Positions 15,351 to 25,023 of a stretch of 25,714 nt of DNA are shown here, piece after piece. Numbering within the stretch: position 1 is the stretch's first letter; the number at the start of each line of letters is the position of its first letter. The notes beneath the pieces are model-generated. The model ran no database searches. It was not told where the DNA came from and was given only the letters and a program-made list of their open reading frames with translations. Source of the DNA: a virus (Duplodnaviria; Caudoviricetes); IMG/VR virus record IMGVR_UViG_3300025621_000050, positions 1 to 25,714 of that record; one strand, 5' to 3'. Made by a program: the position numbers and the translations under genes.

Positions 15351-17611
15351 TGGCTCAAAAAACATTAAAACAACTTCTCGGCTCTTCAGGCGAAAGAGAA
15401 CAGGTAGACCTTAACCTTGATGAAGCTACGTTCCGAGCTCCGAACGTTGCAGCTGGACAGTATTCTGTCCAAGTTCGGCAAGCTCCTACACAGAATACGG
15501 CGCTTACTTTAGCTAAGTCTCTTCAAAGTTTCTCTGGTGTTCTCAAAAACTACGCAGACGTTCAAGAAGAAATTGGAATAAAACAAGCCGCAGGAGTTGA
15601 GGACAAGGACTTATATAAAGCACTTAAGAAAGAGAATCCTGCTGCGTTTATTGCATTTAAACGAGACAACGCATACAGGAACGCGCTATACAAAAGAGCT
15701 CTTACTTATGACATTCTTCCATCTCTTGATACCGATTCAGAAGGACTACTAAATATTGACGAGTTTGGAGCCAAGACAAACAAATTCTTAGATAGCAGGC
15801 TAGACCCTTACATCGAAGAAAAGTGGAATGATTTCAGCGAAAAGGTTGGAGAGTATGCTAACGATCCTGCGGCTAAAGCTGTTTGGAATGCTGCCATATC
15901 TGGGTGGCGTTCTGATATGGTTAGTAATTATAACGACAGGATTGTATCGTATAACAAAGGTGCCCAAAAGGAAGAGCTAGGTCTTCAGATTGAAGGAGTT
16001 CTTCGCCGCCGCGTAGACGATCAAGGAAACCAAATACAACCTGATTTTAGCAGCTTACCTGATATCCTTCAGAATAGAGATAACCTGATGGCTCAAGATA
16101 ACGTCTCTAATATAGAACGGACTCAAATTTTGGCAACTGAGGTAAGTAACCAAGCTCAAGGTCTACTGGCCGAAGGACGAGTAAGTGATGCTGAAAAGCT
16201 TATTGCTATTACGGAAGCTACTAAAATAAATGGTAAACCTGTGTTTCGCACAGGAGAATCTCGTCGTGCATTTGCAGCTCTTAAACAGCAGATCGATAAC
16301 ACAAGCGATCAGGAAGACGAGTTATCTAAAGCTGATATACGTAGAACATACACTGGTAAGGCTATTTCCGTTTATGAATCACTATCAGCAATAAATAGTT
16401 CTGAAGAAATGGATAACATTACCAGAAAAACTATTATTGATACGTTTGAAACTATTAACCCAAATATTTCTGAAGAAGAGATTAACCAGAAATTAGAGGA
16501 TATTTTTAATCACCCTGTTTCTTCTACGGAAGGATACGATCTAGCGCTTCGTCAGCTGGCTATTAACGGATCTGATCTCGGTAACAGCATATATTTTGAC
16601 ACAAAAGCAGATTTGAATCGAGAGTTAGTAACCAGACAAAACAGAACTATTATTACTACAAGTTTAAGCGACAAACAAAAGTCTCAGTATATTTCCGACT
16701 TTTCTGAGTGGAAAAAGGATAACCCACAAAAAACAGCAAAACAGTGGATATCTTCCCAAGGTCTTAAACTCTCTCCATTCCAAGAGCTACGAGATAAAGA
16801 CATAGAACTTAGCCAAGGTAATTGGGTGTTCGATAACCTATATTATAAAAACTCTGAGGATACGCTGGTTAATGCTATAGATCGTGCTGTTGCTCCTGAT
16901 TTAGTAGGATTAGAAGAAGATCTAGATATAACAAAGATAATGATTAGCGGAATGACGGATCAGCTTAAAATTAACCTCAGCTTGGAAGCACAAGATTACG
17001 CAAGAAATCTTGATCCACTACTTTCAGCAGAAGAGCGGAATGTTATGATGCGGGATTTTATACAATCAAAATCAGGTGAGTATGCTCAACGAGCTAGTGA
17101 TTTTAATAAAGCATTTCAAAGCAGAGGATTAATTAAGGATGAAATGAGTGAAACCGAAAGAGCCCGAATACAGACAGCTAGTGCTGAGGTAAAAGATAAA
17201 GCAAAGAGACCAAAGAAGGTAGTTTACGAGCATTTAGAAAACCCAAATATTAGATATTACTCTAAGTTTGTTGAGAACGAAAGAGAGACAATGCTACAGC
17301 GAGGCGACGATCTTCAGCTTCAAAAGTCTCTTATCAACAAAGGTTATCTAAGCTGGGATCCGTCTTCGTGGAAACTTCTTGATGAGACAGGTCTTTCCGC
17401 TCAGGACGTAAAACTGTTTGGAAATGACGCTGAACTGAATCGCGTAACATCTGATTGGAAAGATGTTATGATAAAAGAACTTTCTCTTGAGGAATTGACT
17501 GATGAAGAAGAAAAAATTAAAGATACATTCCAAGATTTCGGTATATACGATTTCTCAACTTTAAACACGTTCTTAGCTGAACAAGGTCAATTCTTCGAAG
17601 ACAGAGACTAA
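15350..17611 (+). CDS. Internal virion protein C (T7 gp15 positional equivalent)
   Basis: 753 aa, helical and charged, with LAKSL..FS..L near the N-terminus. Lies between the gp14-like and gp16-like genes; TAATG coupling. Confidence 0.7.
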   Translation: MAQKTLKQLLGSSGEREQVDLNLDEATFRAPNVAAGQYSVQVRQAPTQNTALTLAKSLQSFSGVLKNYADVQEEIGIKQAAGVEDKDLYKALKKENPAAFIAFKRDNAYRNALYKRALTYDILPSLDTDSEGLLNIDEFGAKTNKFLDSRLDPYIEEKWNDFSEKVGEYANDPAAKAVWNAAISGWRSDMVSNYNDRIVSYNKGAQKEELGLQIEGVLRRRVDDQGNQIQPDFSSLPDILQNRDNLMAQDNVSNIERTQILATEVSNQAQGLLAEGRVSDAEKLIAITEATKINGKPVFRTGESRRAFAALKQQIDNTSDQEDELSKADIRRTYTGKAISVYESLSAINSSEEMDNITRKTIIDTFETINPNISEEEINQKLEDIFNHPVSSTEGYDLALRQLAINGSDLGNSIYFDTKADLNRELVTRQNRTIITTSLSDKQKSQYISDFSEWKKDNPQKTAKQWISSQGLKLSPFQELRDKDIELSQGNWVFDNLYYKNSEDTLVNAIDRAVAPDLVGLEEDLDITKIMISGMTDQLKINLSLEAQDYARNLDPLLSAEERNVMMRDFIQSKSGEYAQRASDFNKAFQSRGLIKDEMSETERARIQTASAEVKDKAKRPKKVVYEHLENPNIRYYSKFVENERETMLQRGDDLQLQKSLINKGYLSWDPSSWKLLDETGLSAQDVKLFGNDAELNRVTSDWKDVMIKELSLEELTDEEEKIKDTFQDFGIYDFSTLNTFLAEQGQFFEDRD

Positions 17612-17621
17612 AAAATATAAC

Positions 17622-20600
17622 ATGAGCATTGAAAAACGATTAGACTACACCAATCCATCAGGGTCTCTTGAAAAGCCTTCTGTTTCTTTGGATACAGAGT
17701 TTGATACTGAGGACCGAACTGAGGCTCAACTTGCTGCCTTAGAAGCTCGACAGCTTATAGATGAACAAGTAAGTGCTGGAAAACAGTGGACAGCAACGGG
17801 TGCATCTCTCGTAGCGGAACTAGGTGGAGGTCTTTATCTTTCTCATAAACTTCATCGATCTGCAAAATTTGCACAAGGCGCTAACTACTTAAGAACAGCT
17901 GTTAAGACTCTTAGAGCTGCGAAAACGGCATCAGTCGCTGGTATCGTAGCGCCTGAGCCAGCATCTACTGTAGGTGGTATAGCTACATACGCCGTAGCAG
18001 AAGCTGGTATATGGGCTCTTAGCAATGCAGCAGGACAGCAGATAAGAATTTCAATGGGTGTTCAGGACGAATACTCTGCTGGAGAAGCTATTGCTTCTGC
18101 GGTATTCGGAGCATCAATCACAGGTAAGGTAGCAGACAACGTTTTAGGACTTGGGACTAAAAGTCTAGCGGATCAAAAACTTTGGAAAACAAGAGAACTT
18201 GTTAAACAAGGAAGTAAGCTTGCTGTCAGTGGTGCTGTCTTAGGAATTGCTGAAACCGCTATGCGACAAGAGCTCCAGCTAATTTTAAACGAGCGCGAAA
18301 ACCGAGACGTATACGAGTATTTATTGGCTGCTGGTATAGGTGGAGGATTGAATACTGGATTTGGTCTCATCGCCTCGACAGGTAAGTGGGGACGTAACTT
18401 AGCTCAGAAAACAGCGAAAAATAGTAGAGAAAACATTAACAATCAGATCAACGCTCTTAAAGAGGAGATGGAGATTGTAAGAGCTAAAGGAGGAGGACCA
18501 GCTAGAGGAAAAGTAAAGAACATAAGTAGTAAGATACGACGGCTCGAAGATTCTCTTCTCATTGTGGACGACATCGATGAGATGATCCAGAGCTCGGGAA
18601 AAACTATTGAGTTCATGGAAAGTCCGTATGGACAGCAGCTAGTTCAGGCAGAGAATTCAAAGATTGTTATACCAGACGAGCCGTCTATACCTACTCAGTC
18701 CGCTAAGAAAGCTGATGAAGCTATTGTTGAGATCCCTAAACAATCAAAGCTAGAGGGAGTCCCTGACGCAGCTAACGCTCAGAAAACACAAGTAGCCACA
18801 ACGACCCCAACGTATGTAAAAGCTGCTGATATTCTTAACAAAAGTAAAACTGGAAACATCCTAGATTACGGAGCAGGAAGAGGAAAAGGTTCGGAAGCTA
18901 TTGGAGCTGATAGTTTCGAGCCGTTTCCTAGAGAAGGATTTAATCCAACATATAAGGACTCTGGTAGTATACCGAGTGAATCGTATGATAAAGTAATCAG
19001 TGCTTCAGTTATCAATGTAGTTCCTAAAGACGTTAGGGATGGTATTGTTAAAGATATTGGAAGAGTTCTTAAACCTGAAGGAGAGGCTATCATAACAGCT
19101 CGGACAGTAAGTGACGTGTCCGCAGCTAAGAACAAAACAACATTTGAAGGTGAAGAAAACGCCTTTGTGATTGGGGATCAAGCAACTGGAACATTTCAAA
19201 AAGGTTTTACCCAGTCAGAACTTGAAACATACGTTAAGACGCAACTGGGGGATAATTTTGAAGTCGCAGCTGCTCCAAAAACAGAAGATGGTCAGAAAAT
19301 AAATGGAGCTGCTGTTCTTGTTCGTAAAATACGAAGCGATGCGGACGCCCCAACACCTCCTTCACCTCGTTCAAAGGAGGAGCTCGAAATAGAAGGAAAT
19401 AAGTTCCTTGAGCAGCAGGGTTTAGGATTAGACGACTTTGTAATCGACCCTATAACTAACCAACCTTCGCCTGTCCCAGTATCTGGTGCTGGTGGAGCTA
19501 GGAAGCCTACGTTGGCTGAAATTGGTGCCTATAGACTTCTTACGTATAAAAGATACGAAAAAGGAGGATCACTTAAACAAGGGGTAACTTTTCCAATGTC
19601 TAGACCAAAAAGTTTTGGCGAAGCCGTCGATCTTCTTATTGATCCGAAGTCTAATATGATAGACGGAATGGATGAAAGGACGGAAGGACTTTTGGATATT
19701 CTTAAGTTAATGCGAAAGCAGTTTCCTGAGATGATGAATGAGGTTAAGATATTCACATATGGAAATGAACGAGCTCACTATTCAGAGTCTTCCCAACAAA
19801 TAGGAGGAGCTTCTGGAATAAGGGTAGCAAAAGGAGAACCTTTAGAAACTATTGTTCACGAAGCTGTTCACGCTGTTACGGCTAAATACATATATCAATA
19901 CGTAAAAAGCTATACAATTAACAAAACAGGAACAAAGGCTCTTGCTATAAGTGGTAAGGAGTATTTAAAACTGCTTGAAAATACTGTAGCCGATCAAGGT
20001 AAACCTCTTCTTATAAGAGAGCTGTCCGAAGTTTATCTCGAAACGATAAAGCGGATGGGGGTTCGTAAACAGATTGAAGCAAAATTAAACGCAAATCACG
20101 GAGGTGACCGAGTTAAGTATAACGGTTATAATTACGGATTAGGTAATCTTCACGAATTTTTATCCGAAGCACTGACAAGTTCTCAGTTTCAACGTGAGTT
20201 AAATTCAATTCAACTTAGTCGAAAGGGTCGAAGCGCTTGGAGCCAGTTTACTAGCATTATAAAACGTCTACTTGGGTTTGATGTAACAAAAGGCTCTGTT
20301 TTAGACGAAGTTCTCTCTTTAACAAGTGCTATCGCTCGGGATAACGAACAGATTTATAAAGCAGCTCGGAATGAGAGAGAAAGAAGCTTTGCCAGAACGA
20401 TGGGTCAGAAAAAACCTGAGCTGTTTAGAACTAAATTCAAAAAAGGAGTGTTATCAGAATTAGATCCTAACTCCAAAGAAGCAGTAGCTTTGTCTAATTT
20501 GCCTGCTTTTGAAGAAGGGTTCTTACCAAAAGGTGAAATAACAAAGAAGTTTGAAAAGAGTAAAGTATGGCAAGCAACGTTTGAAGGCGAAATTGATGGG

Positions 20601-23600
20601 ATTGCCTACGAAGTAAAAGCTTCAACCCTAGAAGAAGCAATGTCAAATGCAGCTATGCAACACGTTACCAAATCAATGCAAGCACGACGTGATGAAGTAA
20701 TTTCTTTCGATTCGATTAAACGAGCAGCGAACGAGAACGAGCTAGCTATTGATATAACACCTCTTAACACTCTTAAGCTCGGAGCTGGTTTTGACTCTAA
20801 CGTCGAGATCACACTGCGTAATCAAAAGGGGGATATTGTAAACTACAATGACCTTGATAAAAAGATGCAATACGAGGTCAACTTAGCCCTTAAAGCTAAT
20901 GGTGGTGTGTATATAAATCCTGCTGATGTAGCTGATATTGGGACTCCTAAAGCCTTTGTTAATCCGAAAGATCAACTTAACTTCCTCAACGAGTTGGATG
21001 CAGAACCTCCCGTTGTTGTTGCTGTTGATGACGCAGGAACTACTCCTCCTCCAACTCCACCTCTTACCGAAGAAGGGGCCGCAGGATCTGGAGGCGATCC
21101 TAGATTCGAACAACTTCGTTTACTTAGAAAGAAGCTTGCGAAGTATACCAACATAGAGGGCGAAGATCTTCCAGACGAAGAGGAATTATTGTCTCGTTTT
21201 ATACAAGTAGAGTTTCCTGAAATGGCTAGGGAAGCTAAAAAACTTGATCGTGACTCAAAAGAATTGATGGATAACGCGTTGGCTGTTCTTAGTTCACAAG
21301 GCCCAAACCCAACCGTATTGCGTGAGCTGTATGACGAAGTGGTCTTCATGCGGAAGGCTAATGTTGTCCGAGATACTTTGGAGACTACAGCTGGTCGAAG
21401 TCTTCAAGCAATGAATAAAAAGGCAGATATTTACAAATACGAGGGCCAATATAGCGTCCGAGCTCGTATGGAAGATGATGCACTTAACGAACTTGAAGAA
21501 GTCCTTAAAAGCATGATAACAGGGAAAAATACTGGAGAAGAAGATAGCCTTGAAGAGCTTCTTACCGATTTCCTTGATGACTTCTTTGACGTGGATCAAG
21601 ACTTTGTTGTAGATGCTGTAAACGTCCGCGATGAGCTGAAAAATCTAGATGCTGAAGAATTAGATGCTGAAGATCTGAAGATTACTCAAGAAACTGAAGA
21701 AGTTGTTCCTATTGAAGGCACAGGAGCCAAAGAAGGCACAGGAAAAACAAAGGAAACGAAAAAGAATAATTCTCTTTCCTTGGAAGAGAAACTAGCAAAA
21801 CGTCAGAACAAGATTGAAGACCAGATCCAAAAGCTTGAAGAACGTCTTGAGAAAGCAAGAAAAGAGTTCGTAGCTTCGACTCCAGTAAAGGATCAGAACA
21901 ATACTGATCTAGGTCTTGAGGATGAACTGATTGACGCTGGGGCCCAGCCGAAGCCAGAAAAGACTCCTAAAGATCCTCGCATCGAACGTCTTCAAACTCT
22001 TTTAAAGTTCTATAAAGACTCAAGAAACGAGCTAAAAACTCTTATAGAGCGTAAACGTGAACGCGCTCGGTTAGCCGCTATCGAAGGAAGCAGTGACATC
22101 ACTCTTCAAAAGAAGGAACTTGAGAAGCCAGAAAAAGATCGCAAACCTACTAGCTTAGACCAAGTCAATAAAGACATCCGAGACATACGCAATCGTATGC
22201 GGTCTCGTCTTCGTGAAATTGAAGCAGCTGAACGTAAGCTTGAGGGAGAATCGGCAGCTGATGCTTCGGCGCGTATACAGCAAAAGCTTATCAAAAAGAG
22301 AGAGAGGCTACAGGAACAGCTCGACGGGTATCGTGCTCGGTTTACAGATCGAGGCCCGACAGAGGATTTTACGAAGATTAAGCAGCAAAAGATTGAAGAC
22401 GAGCAGACCAAGCAGCTTGAAAAGCAGATTCAGTTCTACCGCAACGCGGAAAAAGAAGTAGACCAAACAAAAGAACTGAGCGAGAAACTTGCCAAGCTTG
22501 CTGAAATCGAAGGACGCGGAGTTATGTCTGAGCTGGAAGCTACTGTCGGGACGAAACCTAAGCCGCCGAAAAGCGAAGATCCGAAGATCAAAGAGCTTCG
22601 TAAACAGATCAACGAGTCGAAAGCTAGAATGCGTAAAAAGCTTCAGGACATCGAGAAAGCAAGAATGGATAACGAGCAATTACAGCTGCTGTTTACCTTG
22701 GAAAAGAGCTTTATGTCCCAACTAGGCACAGACAACGCTTCAAGGTTTACCAGATTTTTTAGATCAGTAAGATCAGCACGAACGATGTCTCTTATTGCTC
22801 AAGTTCCTTCCATTTTGGCGGGTGTTCCGACTGGAATAGTTGGAGGAATTAAACAAGTCTTTAGAATTCCTGCTAGTTTTTTCTCTTCTCTTAAAGAAGC
22901 ACACGGTTCATTGCCCTCCAGAATCAAAACCTCAAAGCTTCTTGCTCAGTCAGAAGGACGAGCCTTGTTTGCTATGTTCCCTAAGAGTAAAAAGGAAGCA
23001 AAAGAATATTGGGAATCGTTTAAACGTTCTTACCTTATGAACCAATCCGTAACCGACGGAGTTAATAATAAATACGAAACTGAAGGGGCTAAATACGGAA
23101 CTCCAAGGGGAATGCACGCCCTTGTTGTTAGGGCGCGAACAAATGCTCAGATACGGATAAATGCTCGTGACTCCTTTGTTACTAAACTAGGTGAAATGGT
23201 TCGGCTTGGTAAGTTTGGTCACCTGTTCTCCTTTGGAGTTCGTGGAATCATAGGGGTTGATGACGTATTTAAACGCTCTCTTTTTAAAGCCCGTATTACT
23301 GCGGACTCGTATCGACGCGCTCTTTTAGAGTTTCCAGAAGGAGGCGCTAAAACAGAAAAGCGAGCAAAGGAGCTATACGAAACAGCTTGGGTAGAACAAG
23401 ATGGGTTACCAGTCTTAGCCGCTAACAACGAATTTGCATTTGAGATAGATAGCGTAAGAAAGGATCTTTTGTTTGCGTCTAATGCTGACGATGTTGAGGA
23501 CCTTGTTACTTCTGTCGTGGACGATCAGATTAAAATGTTTAACAAAACGAAAAGCAGCGACAACATATTTGGCGTGGTATTTGATGGGCTTATGCCTTTC

Positions 23601-25022
23601 TTCGGTGTTGCTACTCGTGGCGTATACAGAGCTGGAAGACTTCAATTCTTTCCTGCTATTGCTCTTAGAGCGGCTTTAGCAAATCCATATACAGCTAAAA
23701 TAAAACAAGTTGAAGGGATTATTGAAAAGCTTCGTGAGACTGCTACGGACAAAAAGGTAAACAAGGAATCAAGAGATGATGCGTTAAATGCAATTAAGTC
23801 GAATCTTGAGCTGGTTGAATCCCTTAAAATAAATAGACTTAAATATAACGAGGAAATCCTTACAGAGGTCTTGATGGGAACCTCCGTAGCAGCCACTGCA
23901 ATGTTGGCAGGAGCGGCAGGTAACATGACTGGATCTTTAAGCTTCCTTAGCTCTGATCAGCAAAAACGAGCGCGTGAGTATGGTATTCAACCGTATCGAA
24001 CACTTGGCATGGACTACAGAGCAGCACTTCCGTTTACTTTTGCAATGTCTATGTATGCGGATATCGGAGCGTTTCTTCACTTGAGAAACGTTCAAGCGGA
24101 AACGAACCAACCAATCTTAGACCCTGAACTTCACTTGTTCGAAGTCATGCGTCGATCTTCGCTGTCCGCTGCATCAGAACTTCCACTGTTTAGCGGAATA
24201 AACAGTTTCCAAGAACTGACGGACAACAGAAGCGGCACAGCAGAACAAGCGGCAAGCGCTTTGGAAAAGATCTTAACAAGCTACATCCCTGTTCCTGCCC
24301 AAGTCCGTAAGATTGTTAAAAAGGTTACTGTGGATAACAAAATTGTGGATCTGAAGGGAGGAAGCTTCTACGACCGAGTAGCCTATCAAGTGTTAGGCGT
24401 TGCCCCGATGAACTATAAAACGAATCACTTTGGTGAGAATTTAGAGACCGATATCAACTGGATCACCGAGACCGTGTGGAGACAGGCACCTCGTTTCAAA
24501 AGGGATAAGGGTGTAAACTTTGAAGGAAGTAATGTAACAACCTTTGAAGATATAATTGGAGCGGACTCACAAGGTATTATCCGTGTTAAACCTACTTATC
24601 TCTCACAAGGAGTTAAGATGGAAGACTTCCGTAACGAAGAGGGAGTTACTCTTAAATATTACTACGCTCAACAACTGAGAACGTATAAGCAAAGATACAG
24701 GGGAAGAAACAGAACACTTAGTGAAGCTGTTAACGAACTTATCAACGACCGAGCTTGGCAAAAGAAGTATGAAAGCGGTTATGAGCCAGATCCGAACAAC
24801 CCTCAAAAGTATACCCAAAAGGGTCTCGAAGAAATAGATGAGATACTTACAAGCTACTACACTAATCTAAGAAAAAATATAGCGAAGGATAAGGATGTTA
24901 TGTTTTCCTTTATTAACAAAGACGATGTTACGTTAGGCAACTTTATGCAATCCACCCTAGACAACATGAACTCTAACATAAGAAATAAGCCCTTTTCGTT
25001 AAAGGACTTTTACGAACTATAA
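17622..25022 (+). CDS. Giant internal virion (ejection) protein, gp16 position, polyvalent: SAM-methyltransferase, HExxH zincin and coiled-coil repeats
   Basis: 2466 aa. G/A-rich hydrophobic N-terminal helices; ILDYGAGRG (about 18858-18884); HEAVH (19857-19871) with a downstream HEFLSEA; C-terminal helical region with PFFGV..R. Confidence 0.8.
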   Translation: MSIEKRLDYTNPSGSLEKPSVSLDTEFDTEDRTEAQLAALEARQLIDEQVSAGKQWTATGASLVAELGGGLYLSHKLHRSAKFAQGANYLRTAVKTLRAAKTASVAGIVAPEPASTVGGIATYAVAEAGIWALSNAAGQQIRISMGVQDEYSAGEAIASAVFGASITGKVADNVLGLGTKSLADQKLWKTRELVKQGSKLAVSGAVLGIAETAMRQELQLILNERENRDVYEYLLAAGIGGGLNTGFGLIASTGKWGRNLAQKTAKNSRENINNQINALKEEMEIVRAKGGGPARGKVKNISSKIRRLEDSLLIVDDIDEMIQSSGKTIEFMESPYGQQLVQAENSKIVIPDEPSIPTQSAKKADEAIVEIPKQSKLEGVPDAANAQKTQVATTTPTYVKAADILNKSKTGNILDYGAGRGKGSEAIGADSFEPFPREGFNPTYKDSGSIPSESYDKVISASVINVVPKDVRDGIVKDIGRVLKPEGEAIITARTVSDVSAAKNKTTFEGEENAFVIGDQATGTFQKGFTQSELETYVKTQLGDNFEVAAAPKTEDGQKINGAAVLVRKIRSDADAPTPPSPRSKEELEIEGNKFLEQQGLGLDDFVIDPITNQPSPVPVSGAGGARKPTLAEIGAYRLLTYKRYEKGGSLKQGVTFPMSRPKSFGEAVDLLIDPKSNMIDGMDERTEGLLDILKLMRKQFPEMMNEVKIFTYGNERAHYSESSQQIGGASGIRVAKGEPLETIVHEAVHAVTAKYIYQYVKSYTINKTGTKALAISGKEYLKLLENTVADQGKPLLIRELSEVYLETIKRMGVRKQIEAKLNANHGGDRVKYNGYNYGLGNLHEFLSEALTSSQFQRELNSIQLSRKGRSAWSQFTSIIKRLLGFDVTKGSVLDEVLSLTSAIARDNEQIYKAARNERERSFARTMGQKKPELFRTKFKKGVLSELDPNSKEAVALSNLPAFEEGFLPKGEITKKFEKSKVWQATFEGEIDGIAYEVKASTLEEAMSNAAMQHVTKSMQARRDEVISFDSIKRAANENELAIDITPLNTLKLGAGFDSNVEITLRNQKGDIVNYNDLDKKMQYEVNLALKANGGVYINPADVADIGTPKAFVNPKDQLNFLNELDAEPPVVVAVDDAGTTPPPTPPLTEEGAAGSGGDPRFEQLRLLRKKLAKYTNIEGEDLPDEEELLSRFIQVEFPEMAREAKKLDRDSKELMDNALAVLSSQGPNPTVLRELYDEVVFMRKANVVRDTLETTAGRSLQAMNKKADIYKYEGQYSVRARMEDDALNELEEVLKSMITGKNTGEEDSLEELLTDFLDDFFDVDQDFVVDAVNVRDELKNLDAEELDAEDLKITQETEEVVPIEGTGAKEGTGKTKETKKNNSLSLEEKLAKRQNKIEDQIQKLEERLEKARKEFVASTPVKDQNNTDLGLEDELIDAGAQPKPEKTPKDPRIERLQTLLKFYKDSRNELKTLIERKRERARLAAIEGSSDITLQKKELEKPEKDRKPTSLDQVNKDIRDIRNRMRSRLREIEAAERKLEGESAADASARIQQKLIKKRERLQEQLDGYRARFTDRGPTEDFTKIKQQKIEDEQTKQLEKQIQFYRNAEKEVDQTKELSEKLAKLAEIEGRGVMSELEATVGTKPKPPKSEDPKIKELRKQINESKARMRKKLQDIEKARMDNEQLQLLFTLEKSFMSQLGTDNASRFTRFFRSVRSARTMSLIAQVPSILAGVPTGIVGGIKQVFRIPASFFSSLKEAHGSLPSRIKTSKLLAQSEGRALFAMFPKSKKEAKEYWESFKRSYLMNQSVTDGVNNKYETEGAKYGTPRGMHALVVRARTNAQIRINARDSFVTKLGEMVRLGKFGHLFSFGVRGIIGVDDVFKRSLFKARITADSYRRALLEFPEGGAKTEKRAKELYETAWVEQDGLPVLAANNEFAFEIDSVRKDLLFASNADDVEDLVTSVVDDQIKMFNKTKSSDNIFGVVFDGLMPFFGVATRGVYRAGRLQFFPAIALRAALANPYTAKIKQVEGIIEKLRETATDKKVNKESRDDALNAIKSNLELVESLKINRLKYNEEILTEVLMGTSVAATAMLAGAAGNMTGSLSFLSSDQQKRAREYGIQPYRTLGMDYRAALPFTFAMSMYADIGAFLHLRNVQAETNQPILDPELHLFEVMRRSSLSAASELPLFSGINSFQELTDNRSGTAEQAASALEKILTSYIPVPAQVRKIVKKVTVDNKIVDLKGGSFYDRVAYQVLGVAPMNYKTNHFGENLETDINWITETVWRQAPRFKRDKGVNFEGSNVTTFEDIIGADSQGIIRVKPTYLSQGVKMEDFRNEEGVTLKYYYAQQLRTYKQRYRGRNRTLSEAVNELINDRAWQKKYESGYEPDPNNPQKYTQKGLEEIDEILTSYYTNLRKNIAKDKDVMFSFINKDDVTLGNFMQSTLDNMNSNIRNKPFSLKDFYEL

Positions 25023-25023
25023 A

